NCBI GenBank assembly: GCA_039621445.1
Contig: CP154954.1
Location: forward strand, 10,311,521-10,375,520
Direction: 5' to 3'
From: Euglena gracilis
Lineage: Eukaryota
Length of the DNA: 64,000 nt
The notes under the pieces were generated by a model, which was given only the letters and a program-made list of their open reading frames with translations, was not told the DNA's origin and did no database searches. The position numbers were made by a program, and so were the translations under genes. Every line of letters starts with the position of its first letter. Position 1 is the stretch's first letter. This document shows, in pieces, positions 1 to 56,881 of this stretch.

Positions 1-464
1 CGGCTATAGATATTTTCTCCGCACAATTGCACAGAAAAGAAAAGGTTCTTTGAGCAAAACAGGTCAAAAAAGTGATATTCATTATTCCAACGTTGATATC
101 ACTGTTTTGAATCCCTGCAATCAGGAATGTTATTTCATTTAAGGAAGTTTTTTGAAAGAATAATTTAATCCAGGATTGTCAAAACATTTGTGTTCTGTGC
201 ATCTCTCCACTGAGTTGCAAGTGTGATACTCCGATGTTGTCAACCCGACCCCCCTCAAAGACGGACAAAATGGGAACCAAGTCTTATTTTTAAGGGGCAG
301 TTCATAGATAAAAAAAATAGAGCACGCAGCATTTTCGGCGCTTCGTGGTTTCTTCGGGATTTCTTCGGGCTTCGCGGCGTAAAAGGATCACAGCCAGCTT
401 GATTTGACCTCGCCGGGTTTTGGGCCCTCTGGGTCCACCCTTGCAGTGGCAGTTGGCTGCCCCC

Positions 465-679
465 CAGGGGTTTTTTTAGTTGTGGCCCGGGGGGGGGGGG
501 GGGGGGGGGGGGGGTGGGGGGGGGGGGCCCGGCCGAGCCGAAGGCGCCGAAAAATGCTATTTTTAGCACTTTTCGCGATTTTTCGGCATTTTTTTGTGGG
601 TCCCCCGGGACCCCCCCCGGGGGGGGCCTAGGGGGTGGGTGGGTGGGGGGACCCCCCCCCAGTTTTAAAAAAACCCCTG
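465..679. mobile_element. MITE family A copy
   Basis: Same TIRs and internal motif as the 19516 and 47881 copies; TSD not recognisable. Confidence 0.75.
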
Positions 680-1780
680 CCCTGGAAGGGGGTCCATCTT
701 TATTTTTTCCCAGCCAGGCGGGTAGGCCCCCCCTCCTCAAGGAATCCCCTTGCACACACACCCGCCTCACAAAAATAACCCTAAATGCGAGTTAGGCCAC
801 CAAAGAAAAATACCAGGGGGGGCGGGCAGGTATTAAGTGAGCGGTGGGCGGTGGTTTTGCGGGGGGGGGGTCAGACCACCTTCCCCCTGGGGTGGTTCGG
901 TCGCCCCCCCCCCCGCCAAAAAAAAATTCCAGCATTTCTCGCCGGAGAAGATAAAAAATTTGGTGTATGCTTTGACCGATTTGTCAAAAAAGCACGTGAT
1001 TTTTGGGCCTTTCTCAAGGCCCAAAAATTCTTTGCTCAGGGGGGTCCGACCCCCCCCCCCCTCTGGGGGGAGGTCGACCACCCCCCTCCTCCCCGCTTAT
1101 TTAATATATACCCTGGAGGGGTGTTAATTTTTGGATTTTTGCTGGAAAATTCAGCCGAAGACGGTAAGTAAACCCACGCCAGCGTCACCCCCCCAATAAG
1201 CCTTGGTCAAAGACAGTTTTTTGGCTTTGTTCCTGAAAACTCAGGTGGCCGGATTTGCATGGAGCATCGGCGCAGCCATCCCACGGACTTTGCATGTCTC
1301 TCATGTATATCCGCAATGGACACCCCATTTTCTAATTTCCGCCAAGTATCGCAACACCAGAGGTGCCAGGGCACAGGTGGATCACCATTTTGCCTGGGAC
1401 AACAAGCCACCCTTCCCCCCTCAGTGCGGGCCTGGAACCACCATATTTTCCAAAAGGGCGGTCCCTGAGGCAGGCTGCACCGCGAAACAAGTGGGAGGAC
1501 CGAAAGTGGAAGTGCATTGAGCAATTTCCATCGCTCCTTTTGAATGTCGTGACATAAAAGAAAATCCATCAAGCCGACAGTCCGATGGCCTAAAAATGAG
1601 CTGTTTTTTTGTTGTTTGAAAGGCATATCATAATTGAAAACGGCCTATTACGAACTTTTTTTGATTACCAATTTCCACCCGTGCAGTAGTCCTCGGAAGT
1701 CACGCCACCCAATTTGAACAAAAAACCAATTTTGGGATGAGCGGATGGGGGTTCATCCGTGGCTTGTGCCGCCGCCCCAG

Positions 1781-1801
1781 CCTCTCTGCTCCCCCACCCA
1801 G
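1781..1801 (+). promoter_or_regulatory. Candidate spliced-leader trans-splice acceptor of the DUSP gene
   Basis: Pyrimidine tract plus CAG, 9 nt before ATG 1811. It could instead be a cis acceptor. Confidence 0.45.
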
Positions 1802-1810
1802 CCCCGTCGG

Positions 1811-12726
<10,916 letters not shown>

Positions 12727-13849
12727 GGCCGCCGCCTGGCACTAGCGGCGGGCCGACGGGTCCCGTGCACGGATTCATTTGACGCCAATATGACCCCGGG
12801 GGTCACACCGGGTGACGCCCAGGGGTGTGACCCAGGGTTTCGGGGGGGGGGGGGGTGCGCCACGCACCCACTCACCACGCAGCAAACTGGGCCAGAAGCG
12901 AAGTTAGCGCCGGCCATAAACAGACAAGAAGCCTTAGTGCAACTAAGGGGGGGGGGTGCCTGGGTCAGGACCGCTAGACCCCCCCACAAGCTGCCCCCGG
13001 CCAGTGAATGCCGGGCTGGGAAAAGTTTTGAAGCTTTCGGCAGTTATTGAGTGTTCTTCGGTGGGTGGGTGGGCACCTGGTTTGGGGGGGGGAGTCGGTG
13101 AGTGAGTTTGGGCCTAGAGGAAGCTGTTCACTCCGGGCATCACGAAGGAAATGAATCCATGGTCTCGTGACACTGCCACATGCCGCACAGGCGTTGGTCA
13201 CAGGTTCCTTTGATTCCCTCTTTCCAAAGGTTTTGCCTGAGTGGCTGGGTGTGTAGGTTTGGGCTCCTGGACTTGCCAACCAGACAAACCAGGTCCTAAA
13301 AACCCAGTGGGAAGGGGTTGCATTTTGCCAGCGTCTTTTGCATGCCAGCGGTCTGACACTGGACACACCCGTTTGGACTTTTTGCAACAAATATTCACAC
13401 CGTCCTACAGTGTGGGATTACATGGCCCGGCTTCATTCCCCAGCTGCATAACATGGCATTAACATTAACATTAACATTAACACCAACATGATTAAGATGG
13501 CAAGCACAAACGGAGGGCAAACCATCAAGAGATGGCGCACCGGCAGCACCCCGCCAGGAGTGAGGCACCGCCTGCCCCATCTCCCTCCCAACCCTCTTCC
13601 CGTTCCCGTTCCCGTTCTTTCCCCTTCCTCCAAAGTTATGGTTTGTTGTGGTCTATTTCATTCTTACAAATTGCAGGTTGCTCCTCACTGGTCGCCGCAC
13701 GGGCGGCAGATGGCAATTTTTTTGGAGAAATTGGGCTTATATATGAATGCATATGTATACTTATATACACATATGTGCATATGTTATGTATTTATGTATA
13801 TGTTGTGTTATATAATATATTATATATAATAAATAGAATATATTATTCT

Positions 13850-14330
13850 ATTATATTACATTATATTATATATTATATTATATTATATTATATAGTGTAG
13901 TATAGTATAGTATAGTATAGTATAGTATAGTATAGTATAGTCTAGTATAGTATAGTATAGTATAGTATAGTATAATATAATAAAATATAATATGACATAA
14001 TATAATATTACATTATATTATATTAGTTATATTAGATATGATATTAGATGATATTATATGATATATTATATTATAGTATATTATATTATATTATAGTTAT
14101 ATTATATTATATTATATTTTTTATATTATATTATATTATGTTATATTATATTATATTATATTATATTTTCTTATATTATATTATATTATAAAATATTGTT
14201 ATATTATGTTATGTTACGTTATGTTACGTTACGTTATGTTATGTTATGTTATGTCATGTTATGTTATGTTAAGTTATGTTATGTTACGTTATGTTATGTT
14301 ATGTTATGTCATGTCATGTTATGTTATGTT
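13850..14330. repeat. Pentamer microsatellites (TATTA/TATAG/TATGT)n
   Basis: Seen directly. Confidence 0.95.
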
Positions 14331-15078
14331 TTTGGCAAAAAGAATTTGTTCAGTCGTGTAAACGGTGTTTCCATCAAATGAGCTATCTTCGGCATGTTCT
14401 TCTGTGTTGCGGCTCAGTTTGAAGTTCCCTGATCTATCTTTTAGATAGAGCACCTCCTTTTTTAGGCACAAACGTCCCAGCAGCTGCTACAACAGCTGCT
14501 ACAACCTGCTTTAACAATTTACAAATGTCTTTGTATGTAAACAGATTTCCTTTAGGGTTGGGGCATTAATAATTGCACCCCAAATTTTGCAGGTAATCTT
14601 GGGCCCCCCACCTTTGGACAACACATGATGGCAAAGTCTCGGCTGTTACTTAATTTACATTGCCTCCTGAAGAGTGGCCGATCCCCCCCCGGGGATTAAA
14701 GTGACTGACTGGTTTTTTCGGAGTGGAAAGTGATCCCCCTCCCCCCCCCCAAGGGATCGTTAAGCAATGGTGTGCTTGAGAGCAATGACTTAATGAAGGT
14801 GACCATTTTTGGGCAATTTTGGGTTATGGATTGGCCATTTTACGGGGTGGATGATTTTGCGACCAGATTTGGCAGGAGAATAAGCGAAGCAGATGTTTGT
14901 TCATACGCCCCATATTTACGATACGGTTCACATTCCGGTACAGTGTTTTCGGTAGGGTGCATATTCCGGGACTGTATTTACGGTACAGTGCACATTCCCG
15001 TATGCTTCTTACGGCACAGTGCGCATTCCGATACAGTATTTACGGCACATTGCACATTCTTGTATGATATTTACGGTA

Positions 15079-15229
15079 CCCGCCCCCCCCCCCTTGTCCA
15101 CCGACCACCCCCCATATACCAACCACCCCCCGGTCGGGGGTTGCAGGTTGTGGGGGGTGTACGACCACCCCCCCCCCCTGGTCGGGGGTTGCGGGAACCC
15201 GGTCGGTGGACAAGGGGGGGGGGGGCGGG
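15079..15229. mobile_element. Palindromic MITE with a TA TSD (Tc1/mariner-type)
   Basis: CCCGCCCCCCCCCCTTGTCCACCGACC...GGTCGGTGGACAAGGGGGGGGGGGGCGGG, flanked by TA on both sides. Confidence 0.7.
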
Positions 15230-15395
15230 TACGGTGCACATTCCGGTACGGCACGGTGTTTGGTACACATTCGGTTCATTACAGCGCTCTCCTTAATCGT
15301 TGGGGTTCTGGGCTCCGGCCCCCCTGCCGCCCGCCCCACCCTCTCCCTCTGCTGTGGGTGGTCCGGATGGGCAAGCACCTATGAAATGATTTGAC

Positions 15396-15570
15396 CGTGA
15401 CTGGCGGGTGACTGGGCGTGACTCGGTGCGTGACCAGGCGCGTGACCGGGTGTGACTGGACGCGTGACCGGGCGTGACTGGACGCGTGACCGGGCGTGAC
15501 TGGACGCGTGACCGGGCGTGACTCGGTGCGTGACCAGGCGTGACTGGACGCGTGACCGGGCGTGACCGGG
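15396..15570. repeat. ~22-bp tandem repeat (gtgaccgggcgtgactggacgc)
   Basis: Direct tandem copies with 11-bp sub-units. Confidence 0.85.
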
Positions 15571-15731
15571 TCGAAGGTTCTGGATGACCATGGGTGCTTG
15601 CGGACGGGATGCTGCACCGCAAGGCGGCCCCGGCGGCAGCCACTCTAAGACCGGTCCCCGGCCCGCATATACTCGCCTCTATACTTATTACCTATATACC
15701 CCCGGGTATGCCCCTGCTCCCCTCCCCGCCC

Positions 15732-15918
15732 CAGGCTTCGTTTTAACTCAGAAGTCCCCCCCCCCGGGTGGGTGGATCCAGGCCAGACCCTCCGAGGGGG
15801 TGGAGGGGGGCTCGAGCCGGAGACCTGGGTATGGGTTTTGGGAAATGCCTTTAGGCGGACTGATTTGATGGGGGTCCCCGCCAGGCTGGGTGGGTGGGGG
15901 GTCTTGAAAAGAAGCCTG
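15732..15918. mobile_element. MITE family D (hAT-like)
   Basis: CAGGCTTCGTTTTAA...TTGAAAAGAAGCCTG; TSD ccccgccc/cccccccc; related to the 30243-32623 and ~47231-47590 elements. Confidence 0.7.
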
Positions 15919-16145
15919 CCCCCCCCCCTTCGCGTCGCCCTTCTGGCATCCGCCTGTCTCCCCAGTTTGGAGCACGGTGGCCACGCAACTGCCGATAATT
16001 GCCGGGGGCAGGGGGGGGGGAGCACAGGTGTAGCACAGGTGGCTCAGCGCTGGTGATTTTGATTGTCCTCTGCCCGACGGTTGTGGTTGTGATTGTCATC
16101 CCAATCGTTGTTCTTTGTCTGGTATTTTTTTTTTGGAGCTCAAAG

Positions 16146-17331
16146 CAGGGGCAGGGAGATATTCCGGTCCGGAATAAACCGGAATAAACCGGAATAGCGA
16201 AAACCGGAATAAACCGGAATAAACCGGAATAACCAGAATAAAAGTGCCAGCCAATGGCCAGCCATGAAAATTCTGCAAGACACAAAGGCAATGAAGGTAA
16301 AATTTGATGTATTTTCATGATTTCCTCAGTCAATCTCATTTTTTTATCTCAAAAATTGTCCGGCTAAAAGCTTGCTTGATGGCCCGGACATGCTTGTTCA
16401 ACAATTTTATCAAATTTGTCCTGTCCAAATCGGACAAAGGGCACAGAAAAACCTGAGTGTGCCGTGCACATAAATGATCCACTTTGTCCAATGGGATCCA
16501 TGCTCCCCCCAAAATGCTCCAGTCAAATCAGCGTTGATGTTGTCTTTGCTCACGTTCCTTTGGAAAGAACTCAGTGACAAACATTCACTTAGTGCAGCCA
16601 CACAAGCGGTTATAAAATCCAAACAAGAAATGCATTCAACCAGGAGGGAAACGGGCAAAATGAAGGCGTGCTCCTGGTATCGAATGCCAATTGTGCTATA
16701 ACTGCGTTCTTTGTTTGCTCTTGTGATTTTGAAACTTCATGCTTCACTTCTGAAGTATGAGAAGTGAAGCAAGTGAAGCACGCCAAAAACTTTGGTGCCC
16801 GACTGGACGTTAGATCGATCAAACTGGGTTCACAGAAGGTTTCACGCCTTTATGTTTGGCAGAAGCCACATGCATCGTGCCAAAAACCGCAAAAAGCACA
16901 CCACATGTTTGTCAGATCCTTCTCGGACACAAGGCACTCCTTGGGAAAATCCTGAATGTGCCTCCAAACAGTCATTGCATTTGCACATTTGGCCTGATTC
17001 ACCTGGTCCACCCTCTTCATCCGATCTATCAGAAAAAAGAAAGGTCTCAAGGGAAACCTTATCCACTTATTTTTCCTGAAAAGGCGGGGGTCTGTTGTGG
17101 TGCGCAGACCAGCATCACCAAGTGCAAAGTGACCACTTGGCGGGGTGGGGCAACCAAGGAATGCATCTCTATTCCTGAAGCCTGGGTGAGCGCCTTGCCC
17201 AATTGTACTTCAAAAAATCCTAAGTCCATTCAGACAGAAATTGACCGGAATAAACCGGAATAACCCGGAATAAACCGGAATAAAACACCGGAATAAAATT
17301 TTCGGCCGACCGGAATATCTCCCTGCCCCTG
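16146..17331. mobile_element. TIR element with a 7-bp TSD (P-element/Galileo-like), 1186 bp
   Basis: TIR CAGGGGCAGGGAGATATTCCGG; subterminal ccggaataaa repeats; exact 7-bp TSD ctcaaag. Confidence 0.85.
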
Positions 17332-19515
17332 CTCAAAGGGTCGATTTCAAGAGCATCGAGCCGAATTTTGAGTTTGGCCCCTCTGCCCACAGGATTATCT
17401 GCCCCCCCCCCCAATTATCTTAACTGATTTACCTGCCCCCCCCCCCCTGACACCCCCCCCAGGCAGTGGCGTTACGGTGACGTTCCTTTTCTGCATGGTT
17501 GAGGTAGGTGTGACGTCGGATCATTGCTCATTCAGCCTTTCTGCTCTGCGGCGCAATACAAGTGCACCCCCCACCCCACCCCCCCCCTGGTTTGAGGCTG
17601 ACCGCCGCTCTGTTGGCCCAGGAAGCGCAAGGCAGAAGGGGCCACAGAAACACACCCCACGTGTGCTTTCCCTTCACTGTCTCCGTCCATTCCTGCCAGT
17701 GCCCCCGCTATCCTTTGCCCGCAGGTTCGTTTGGGGAGGGGGGTTCAAGACAGTGCAGGGGGATCCCGGGAACCCCAACCCTCTGGATGGTGGTGGTAGG
17801 GAGAGGCAGCTGTTGACCCTGGCTAGATGGGAATCGAGCCAGTCCCCCACCAGGAAGGGGAGAACTTGCCTGCACCAGCAACAAAAATTGACCTAAAAGT
17901 GGCGAAAAGTGGGTAATGTGGAAAATGTGGCCAAAAGTGGCAAAAGCGGCCAAAAGTGCCAAAAGCAGCCAGAAGTGGAATCTGACAGGAGATCCGAGTT
18001 TGGCTTACGTGTTATTACTGCAACTGCAATTGGCCAATGCAAAATTCGGCCCTGGTCGGAACCCCCACCTGTGCTCACCAAAGTTGGCCCTGGTCACCCC
18101 TGGTCGGCCATAGGTGCATGGGCTGACCCCCCCCCCCCGGTGACTTGAGAAATTCCCAGACTTGAGAATCCCTGGATGAGTCCACTCAACTCAAGCGACA
18201 GCTTTTGAATCCAAAGTTGCAAAAAGTGGCCTAAATAGCCTACACGTGACCTAAAGCTCGCTCCACATGCTGAAGGAGAGAGAGCGGCTGCTGTGCAGAA
18301 GCAGTATGGCGAGGTGCGGGGGAAGTGCGGTGGGTGCGGAGAGGAGCTGATAGCGAAGCGGGTGAACAGTGGGCTGAGTGAAACCGGGAATGTTCAAAGT
18401 AATCAAAAGCATTCAAAGCAGCACAAAAAAGGTGGCAAGGCATGTCCAGAAGTGGCCGAAAGCAGCAGAAGCAGTCTAAAGTTGGCCAAAGGTGGGCAAA
18501 AGTAGGCAAAAAGCAGTAGAAGCGGCCCCAAGTGGCAAAAGTGGCTAAGAGTCCAAAAAAAAAAGCAGTAAAAAAACTGCCTCACGTGGGCAAAAGTGAC
18601 CAAAAGAGCAGCAGAAGCACCTCAAAAATGGCCAAAGATGGGCAAAAATGGCCAAGAGCACAAAAGTTGTTTCAAGTGGGTAAAAAGTGATCCAAAGTGG
18701 CCAAAAGTTTCCTTCAATTGGCCAAAAGCAGTTGTCAAAAATGCCCAAAAGCGGACAAAAGGCAGTAAAATCAGCTTTAAGTGCAAAGAAGGCCAACAGT
18801 GGCCAAAAGTAGACGAAAAGCAGTCAAGCGCCCAAAAGTTGCCAAAAAAAATTAAACAACCAGGAGCATTCAAAAGTGGCCAACAAGCAACCAAGTGGTT
18901 TCAAGCAGCCAAAAATGGGCAAAAGTACCAAAAGCAAGCAAAAGCAGTGGCCGGAAGCCGCCCCCCCCCCAAAAAGGCAAAAGTTGGTAAACAACGTCCA
19001 AAGGGGGGCAAAATTGCTTGAATGGTCGGGGCATCCGCCCATTTTTTATTACCATGCCCACCTATGGCTGATTTTTTGCCACCGCAGCCGACCATGATGA
19101 TGATGCTGTGCGATGCAGGGCAATGCTGGGCGATGCTGGCTTTTTTTGTGTACTTTGAAGAATTGAACCCATTTTTAGGAGAAGTTTCCCACAAATGTCC
19201 AATATTACGCCCATCTTGGCCGTTTCAGACTAATATTTTGCTATTTTGGGGCTATTTGCATTGATTTGCGCAAATATTGGGCTAATTTGGGTCAATATCA
19301 GCACATTTATGATATTTTTTGGCCATTTTATGCCATTTTGGTGATTTTGGGTTACTTTTATCTTTTGTGGACATTGTTGGCGTTTTGGGCCATTTTCGGT
19401 TATTTGACGCCTTTTTAGGTCATTTTGGTTGCTTTTGGGGGCTTTTTGTGGTCAATTTTGGGTTTTTTTGAGGTCATTTTTTGGGCTTTTGTGGTTATTT
19501 TGGCTAGGTTGGGAG

Positions 19516-19766
19516 CAGGGATTTTTTAATTTTGGACCCCGGGGGGGGGAGGAGGGTGCGGCCGAGCCCCCCCCAGGGGGGGGTCCCCCCCGGAGGGGGG
19601 TGGGATATACTTTTCGGCGCCTGCGGCACCGAAAAAAATTCTATTTTTAGCACTTTTCGTGATTTTTTGGCCATTTTTTGTGGGTCCCCCGGACCCCCCC
19701 CGGGGGGCCCCCCCCCAGGGGGTGGGTGGGTGGGGGGGACCCCCCCCGGTCTTAAAAAAACCCCTG
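19516..19766. mobile_element. MITE family A (hAT-like), 251 bp
   Basis: TIRs CAGGGATTTTTTAA / TTAAAAAAACCCCTG; perfect 8-bp TSD gttgggag. Confidence 0.9.
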
Positions 19767-21814
19767 GTTGGGAGCGAATGGATGCGATATATAGGCAAGA
19801 TGCAGATTTTGGACAAGATGCCGGCACAATGGATGCAAGATGGACGCAATGGATGCAAGATGTAGATACTGGACAAGATGCAGATGCTGGCTGGGCAAGA
19901 TGCAGATGTTGGACAAGATGCAGTGGATGAAGATACTGGACAAGATGCAATGGATGCAAATATTGGATTGTCCAAAAAAAATCAAGGAATTAATCAAGGA
20001 ATTAAGGGCGATGCTTGTGGCAAATGGTCTAAAGTTGGCTTTGGTCAACCAAGGTGGTCTTAAAGAGGCCCGAAGCAGTCAAAAAGTGGCCAGAAAAAGT
20101 GGCCAAAGGTGGGCAAGAGTGGCCAAAAGTTGTGCAAGTGGTTGACCAAAAGTGGACAAAGGTGGATGAAGTGGGTGCAAGAATGGGCCAAACTCGGTGG
20201 AATGGGTGTGGGCAGGCGTCTTGGGTAAAAAATGATCGATTTTTTTGCACAATTGGCAGCTCTTGGTGCATTTTTTTTCAGATTCGATTTCTGGTACCCA
20301 GTTGGATTGTAGCTCAGGCCTGGACCCAGCTCTAAGATTGGGTTCTTCCCAAAAATAAGACCCCTCTGGGCCAATCGAGCAGACGTTTAAAGGGCAGATC
20401 CCAAAAAAAATAAGACCCCTGGGAGTTTCCAGTAACGGACCCAAAATAAGACCTGGGTCTTATTTGGAGGGGGGGCGGTTGTATCGAACCTCACCTGCCC
20501 CCAGTTCCCTCAGAAACAGTGGACCTTTCCAAAAATTTACCCCCAAAATTATGATGGTGATTTCGGGGGGATTCCAAAATACTCCTCCACCAAATTGTGG
20601 GTGGTTTTTTGACCTTTTTTTATTTTAATTATGAGCACCGTTGCATGTTATAGAATTGGCAATTTTATTCGTTGCCAGAATTCGTCTTTGTTGGACCTGT
20701 TTTTGGACCCTCCTGCGTGACGTTTCTTTCAGCCGGGGTTTTCAGCAAAAATCCAATAATTTAGGGTTGGGTTTTTGCTCCCCCCCCTCCAAATAAGACC
20801 CCCCAGAATTTTCAGTAACAGCCCCAAGAAGAGGGCTGCACTCTTGGCGGCGAGGCCACGGGCTGGGCTACCCAAAACCTCCCAAATCAGTTGGAGCAAG
20901 CAAGCGGCCCGCAGTGGCCCAGTGACTGGGGACCTACTTTGGGGGGTGGGAGGGGCCGGGAACCATCACCAGAACCTTGTGTTGTGGGTGGGGGTGCAGG
21001 TTTTGGATCAAGTTGTGTTTTGAAATATCATTGCAAAGTCCTCGAGCCTTCTCTGCCTTTTGGTGTGGGATGGGTGCTTGCCAAGAGCAGGCACCCACCG
21101 CAGGGTGGAGGAACAACACGGCAAGAAAGAAAAGACGAAAAGAAAGCTGGGCATTCAAAGCCCTGGGACACAAGGAAAACGGGAATCCCCGAAACCTGAT
21201 GGGTGGTGGGGGGTCAACCACCACCCACCCCTGGTTTCCAAGGCCCCTAATTCCGAGTTCAAACACCGTTGAAGGTGTTTCTGAGCGGAGCCATGGCAGT
21301 CCGACCAACCCCCCACCTCCCAAGCGGGGGGCAAGTCAATCCCCCCTTCCTCTGGCCTTTCCTGTTGGACGCTGCCGGGAGGGGGAGATGCAACGTTGGC
21401 CACATTGACCCCAACATGGGGCTAACAACAGGCGTTGTGTGCCGGGGGGGAGGGGGAGGGCGTAATCCGCTTCTAGGTATTCTTCCCCTGGACCTCTCCC
21501 ACACGGCCCGCCTCCCCCAACCCATAATATAAGTAATAACAAAAATGTTTCACATAATACATATAACATAATATATAACATAATAAATAACATAAACAAA
21601 TAAACACACAATGTAACGACATCTAATAATAATATATATCATAATATATAACATGTATTACGTACTATGTATTATATATTATGCAAAAAAAATATATATT
21701 ATGTATTATATATTGTATTTTATACACTATATATTATATTTTGAATAATCTATATTATATGTCGCATAATAAATATTATAATCACATATCATACATGTGT
21801 ATCATGTAATATAC

Positions 21815-22337
21815 GGCAGCTCCCCACTATATGGCCCCCCAGGGGGGGGCAAGTAGTGGGGAATAGGGGGGGGGGGTCGTATGGTGGGACCCGGGTCCCA
21901 CGTTTCGACCTTTCGGTCCCGCGGCGCCAGGGGAACGCGCGGTTTCCGGCCCGCCGGCGGCGGATCCGGGAAGGGTTGCCGCTTAATTTTGGGAATAGGG
22001 TTAGGGTTCGGATCGGCGCGCCGATAATCTGCCAATTTTGGGTACCAAGTTGGGCCGGAAGTTAGGTCCCCCTTTCGGAAGATTTTTGAAAACGCATTTT
22101 TGCCTAAAACCGTCCAAATTCGGCCTCAATTCAGCCCCGATTCGTCCGGAATGCGGCCCAAATTCTCCCTAACTTTCCCAAAATGGGAGCCCTCCGGTAC
22201 GCCGGTCGCGCACCTAACCCCATTCCAAATAATAATCCCGACTTTCCCCGAAGGTCGGACGCGGGTCCCACCATTCTACCCCCCCCCCCTTCTCCCCTTC
22301 TTGCCCCCCTGGGGGGGCCATATAGAGGGGAGCTACC
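21815..22337. mobile_element. MITE with GGCAGCTCCCC/GGGGAGCTACC long TIRs
   Basis: Imperfect TIRs of about 40 bp; shares aatagggttagg / cgcgcacctaaccc motifs with the 11801 element; TSD unclear. Confidence 0.7.
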
Positions 22338-22791
22338 ATATATGTATATATGTATATATATGTGTGTGTGTGTGTATATGTATATTATTTTTATATATAT
22401 TATATATATTATATATTATATATAGTATATATATTATATATATTATATATAAGTTATAAATTAATTAGTAGAATTTAAATATGTATAAATAAAATATATA
22501 TTTATAAATAAATTTATGTGTTATAGTTTGTATATATATTATGTATTATACATATACATACATATATAATTGTACAATATGTATGTGCATATAAATATAT
22601 GTATATATTACATTGAATTAGTGTAGTAATAATAGATAATATATATAATGAAAATAATATTATATATAATATATGTGATATTATTCACAATTTTTTATCT
22701 GTACATAATATGTAACATATAATGTGTTTCTGTGATATCTCCTACCTCCAACCGCGCCTGCTTCGCCCCCAGGGCTCGGCCACATGCAGCC

Positions 22792-54751
<31,960 letters not shown>

Positions 54752-56615
54752 GTCCTGCCCTGGACCCCCCCCCGCCCTCTTATCCACGAACCACAACTTT
54801 TCACGCTGCTGGGCGACAATGGACCTCTCCGCCATGGGAAATGGGTTCGGAAAGACATTGTCGGTCCGAGAAGTCCATTTCTTGCAAAAGTTGCTGATTT
54901 TGAGCTTTGTCGGCCGCTTTGGTTTCCCGGTGCAACCTGTGATCCGACCCAGTTCCAGCCAGAGGACCCCGGGTGGGGGGTCAACACGGCACGTTTTTCC
55001 AGCCAGCCCAAAACTTCCTGCTTTTGGGCTGCCAAGGGGGTCCCCAACCGAAGCTCTGGTCACAGGAAAACGCTTGGCATTTCCGACCAGAATCTACAAA
55101 AATATTATATATTATTAAGTACATTTTATGCAATAATGTGAATTGTGTTATACTATTATGTTATTGTATTTAAATTATATTAAATTTATTAAATGTTATT
55201 ATTCTTCTGTCTCCAGCGTTTCAAACTCCTGCAGTCCAAACTCTCTGGGAAAGCATGCACCTAATCTTTCACCTGTCTGTCTGCCATTACGTCTCCCATG
55301 ATGCATGCATGAGTGGATCTGCATGTTTTGGTGATGATCTTTTGTTGCGTTTTTTTTTTTTCATTTCGGGCCCAGCCCAGCCATCCGCCCCCGTGATCCC
55401 TCCTGTGTGGTTGTGTGCCTTGCCACAGCACATCCCTCCCAGCCTTCACCGCAGTCTCCCCCCTTCACTGACTCTGCCCATTCCTCCCCATCCTTGTAGT
55501 ATTCCCCGAGTCATGGCCCCTGATGACTCCCCCAACCTGTCCTGTTGTGGAAAGTGATTCCGTTTGCAATTTTAGAGTATATGCATGTTTGATTTGCAAC
55601 AGGAACATGCCAGAAGTGAACCCAATGCAAGCAAAATGATCAGGCGCGTGCCATGGTGGAACGTGCAATGGGGAGAAATTGATATCTGCAATTTTGCACA
55701 ATTTTCTGAAGGCCTCCGATCAATCCCCCCTGTAGTGAGAAAATGCAGTGGGAAGCGAAGGAGCGCTGCAGATGTTGAAAATGAAACCTCTATTTTTTTG
55801 AGATCTGTGTGTTTGTACCAAAGCAAATGTCCATTTTTTCCAGGTATTTATTGCTTCATTTTTCCATTATTGTTTGTCATTCAGTTGGTGCACGTTCTGA
55901 CAGAGAGATATTTGACAAATTCCCGCCCTACCAAAAGACAGTCTACATCCACACAAGGAAGGAAATCAAAGGCATTTGAATTCCTTTTTTCTTTCACATT
56001 TGCGTGGAAGAAGTTCGTGGTTTGAAAAAAGTGCATGTCTCCGTCAGCAATGACATGTATGGCAGTGTGCAAAAACAAGACTTTTACCAGATTTAGACAT
56101 GTTTCTTCAGCCATATTTGCAGCAAATTTTTGCCTGGCAATGGAATTCGCAAAGTGGTCTTTGAGATACCACCCCTCCCCAAACTATTTTTTAGAGAAAT
56201 CCCCATGCTGCAGTTCCCCCCTGTTTTAGGAGTGACGTGCTGAATCATTTTAAACCCAAATTCCCCCCGTTTGGCACACACATCGTTTCCGATGATGGGA
56301 TTATCCCTTGGCATTTTCAGGCAGTTCTCTTCCTGACATGTCCCTTCCCCTGCTCCTAATGTTATCCTCCTGCCCCCCCCCCCGTTTGAGTTTGTTACCA
56401 ATTTTGCTTTGGCTGGAATTTTGCAGCATTAAAGAAATTTGGCACGTCTCTCCGCCCCTCCCCCCCCCGAATTACATTTGACCTTGACTGAGGCGGCGCT
56501 TCTTCTTTGTTATTTTGGGTTGTGCACTGTTTCACGTTTAGCAGTCAGCGTCATCATGAGGCCTCGGTTAGTTCTAAACCCCCCCAAATAAAAAGCCCCC
56601 CCCCCGACGTAAAGG

Positions 56616-56881
56616 CAGGGGTTTTTTAGTTTTGGACCTCGGGGGGGTTAGGGTGGGTGGGTCTGGCCGAGCCACCACCAGGGGGGGTCCCCCCACCCAG
56701 AGGGGCGGGATATACTTTTCGGCGCCAAAGGCACCGAGAGTTTTTGAACAGGGTGCTATTTTTAGCATTTTGCAATTTTTTGGCCTTTTCGGGGGAGTGG
56801 GCCCCACAGGACCCCCCCCCCCCCCCGGGGGGATCCCAGGGAGTGGGTGGGGTGGACCCCCCAGGTCTTAAAAAAACCCTG
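56616..56881. mobile_element. MITE family A copy
   Basis: CAGGGGTTTTTTAG...TTAAAAAAACCCTG with the family A interior; TSD degraded. Confidence 0.75.

Noticed and set aside
16038-16125. Hydrophobic ORF fragment SALVILIVLCPTVVVVIVIPIVVLCL
   Set aside because: Low-complexity GTT/GAT-rich sequence; no partner exons found.
17890-20180. Lys/Trp/Pro-rich ORFs
   Set aside because: Derived from a degenerate AAAAGTGGCC-type low-complexity repeat; no recognisable domain.
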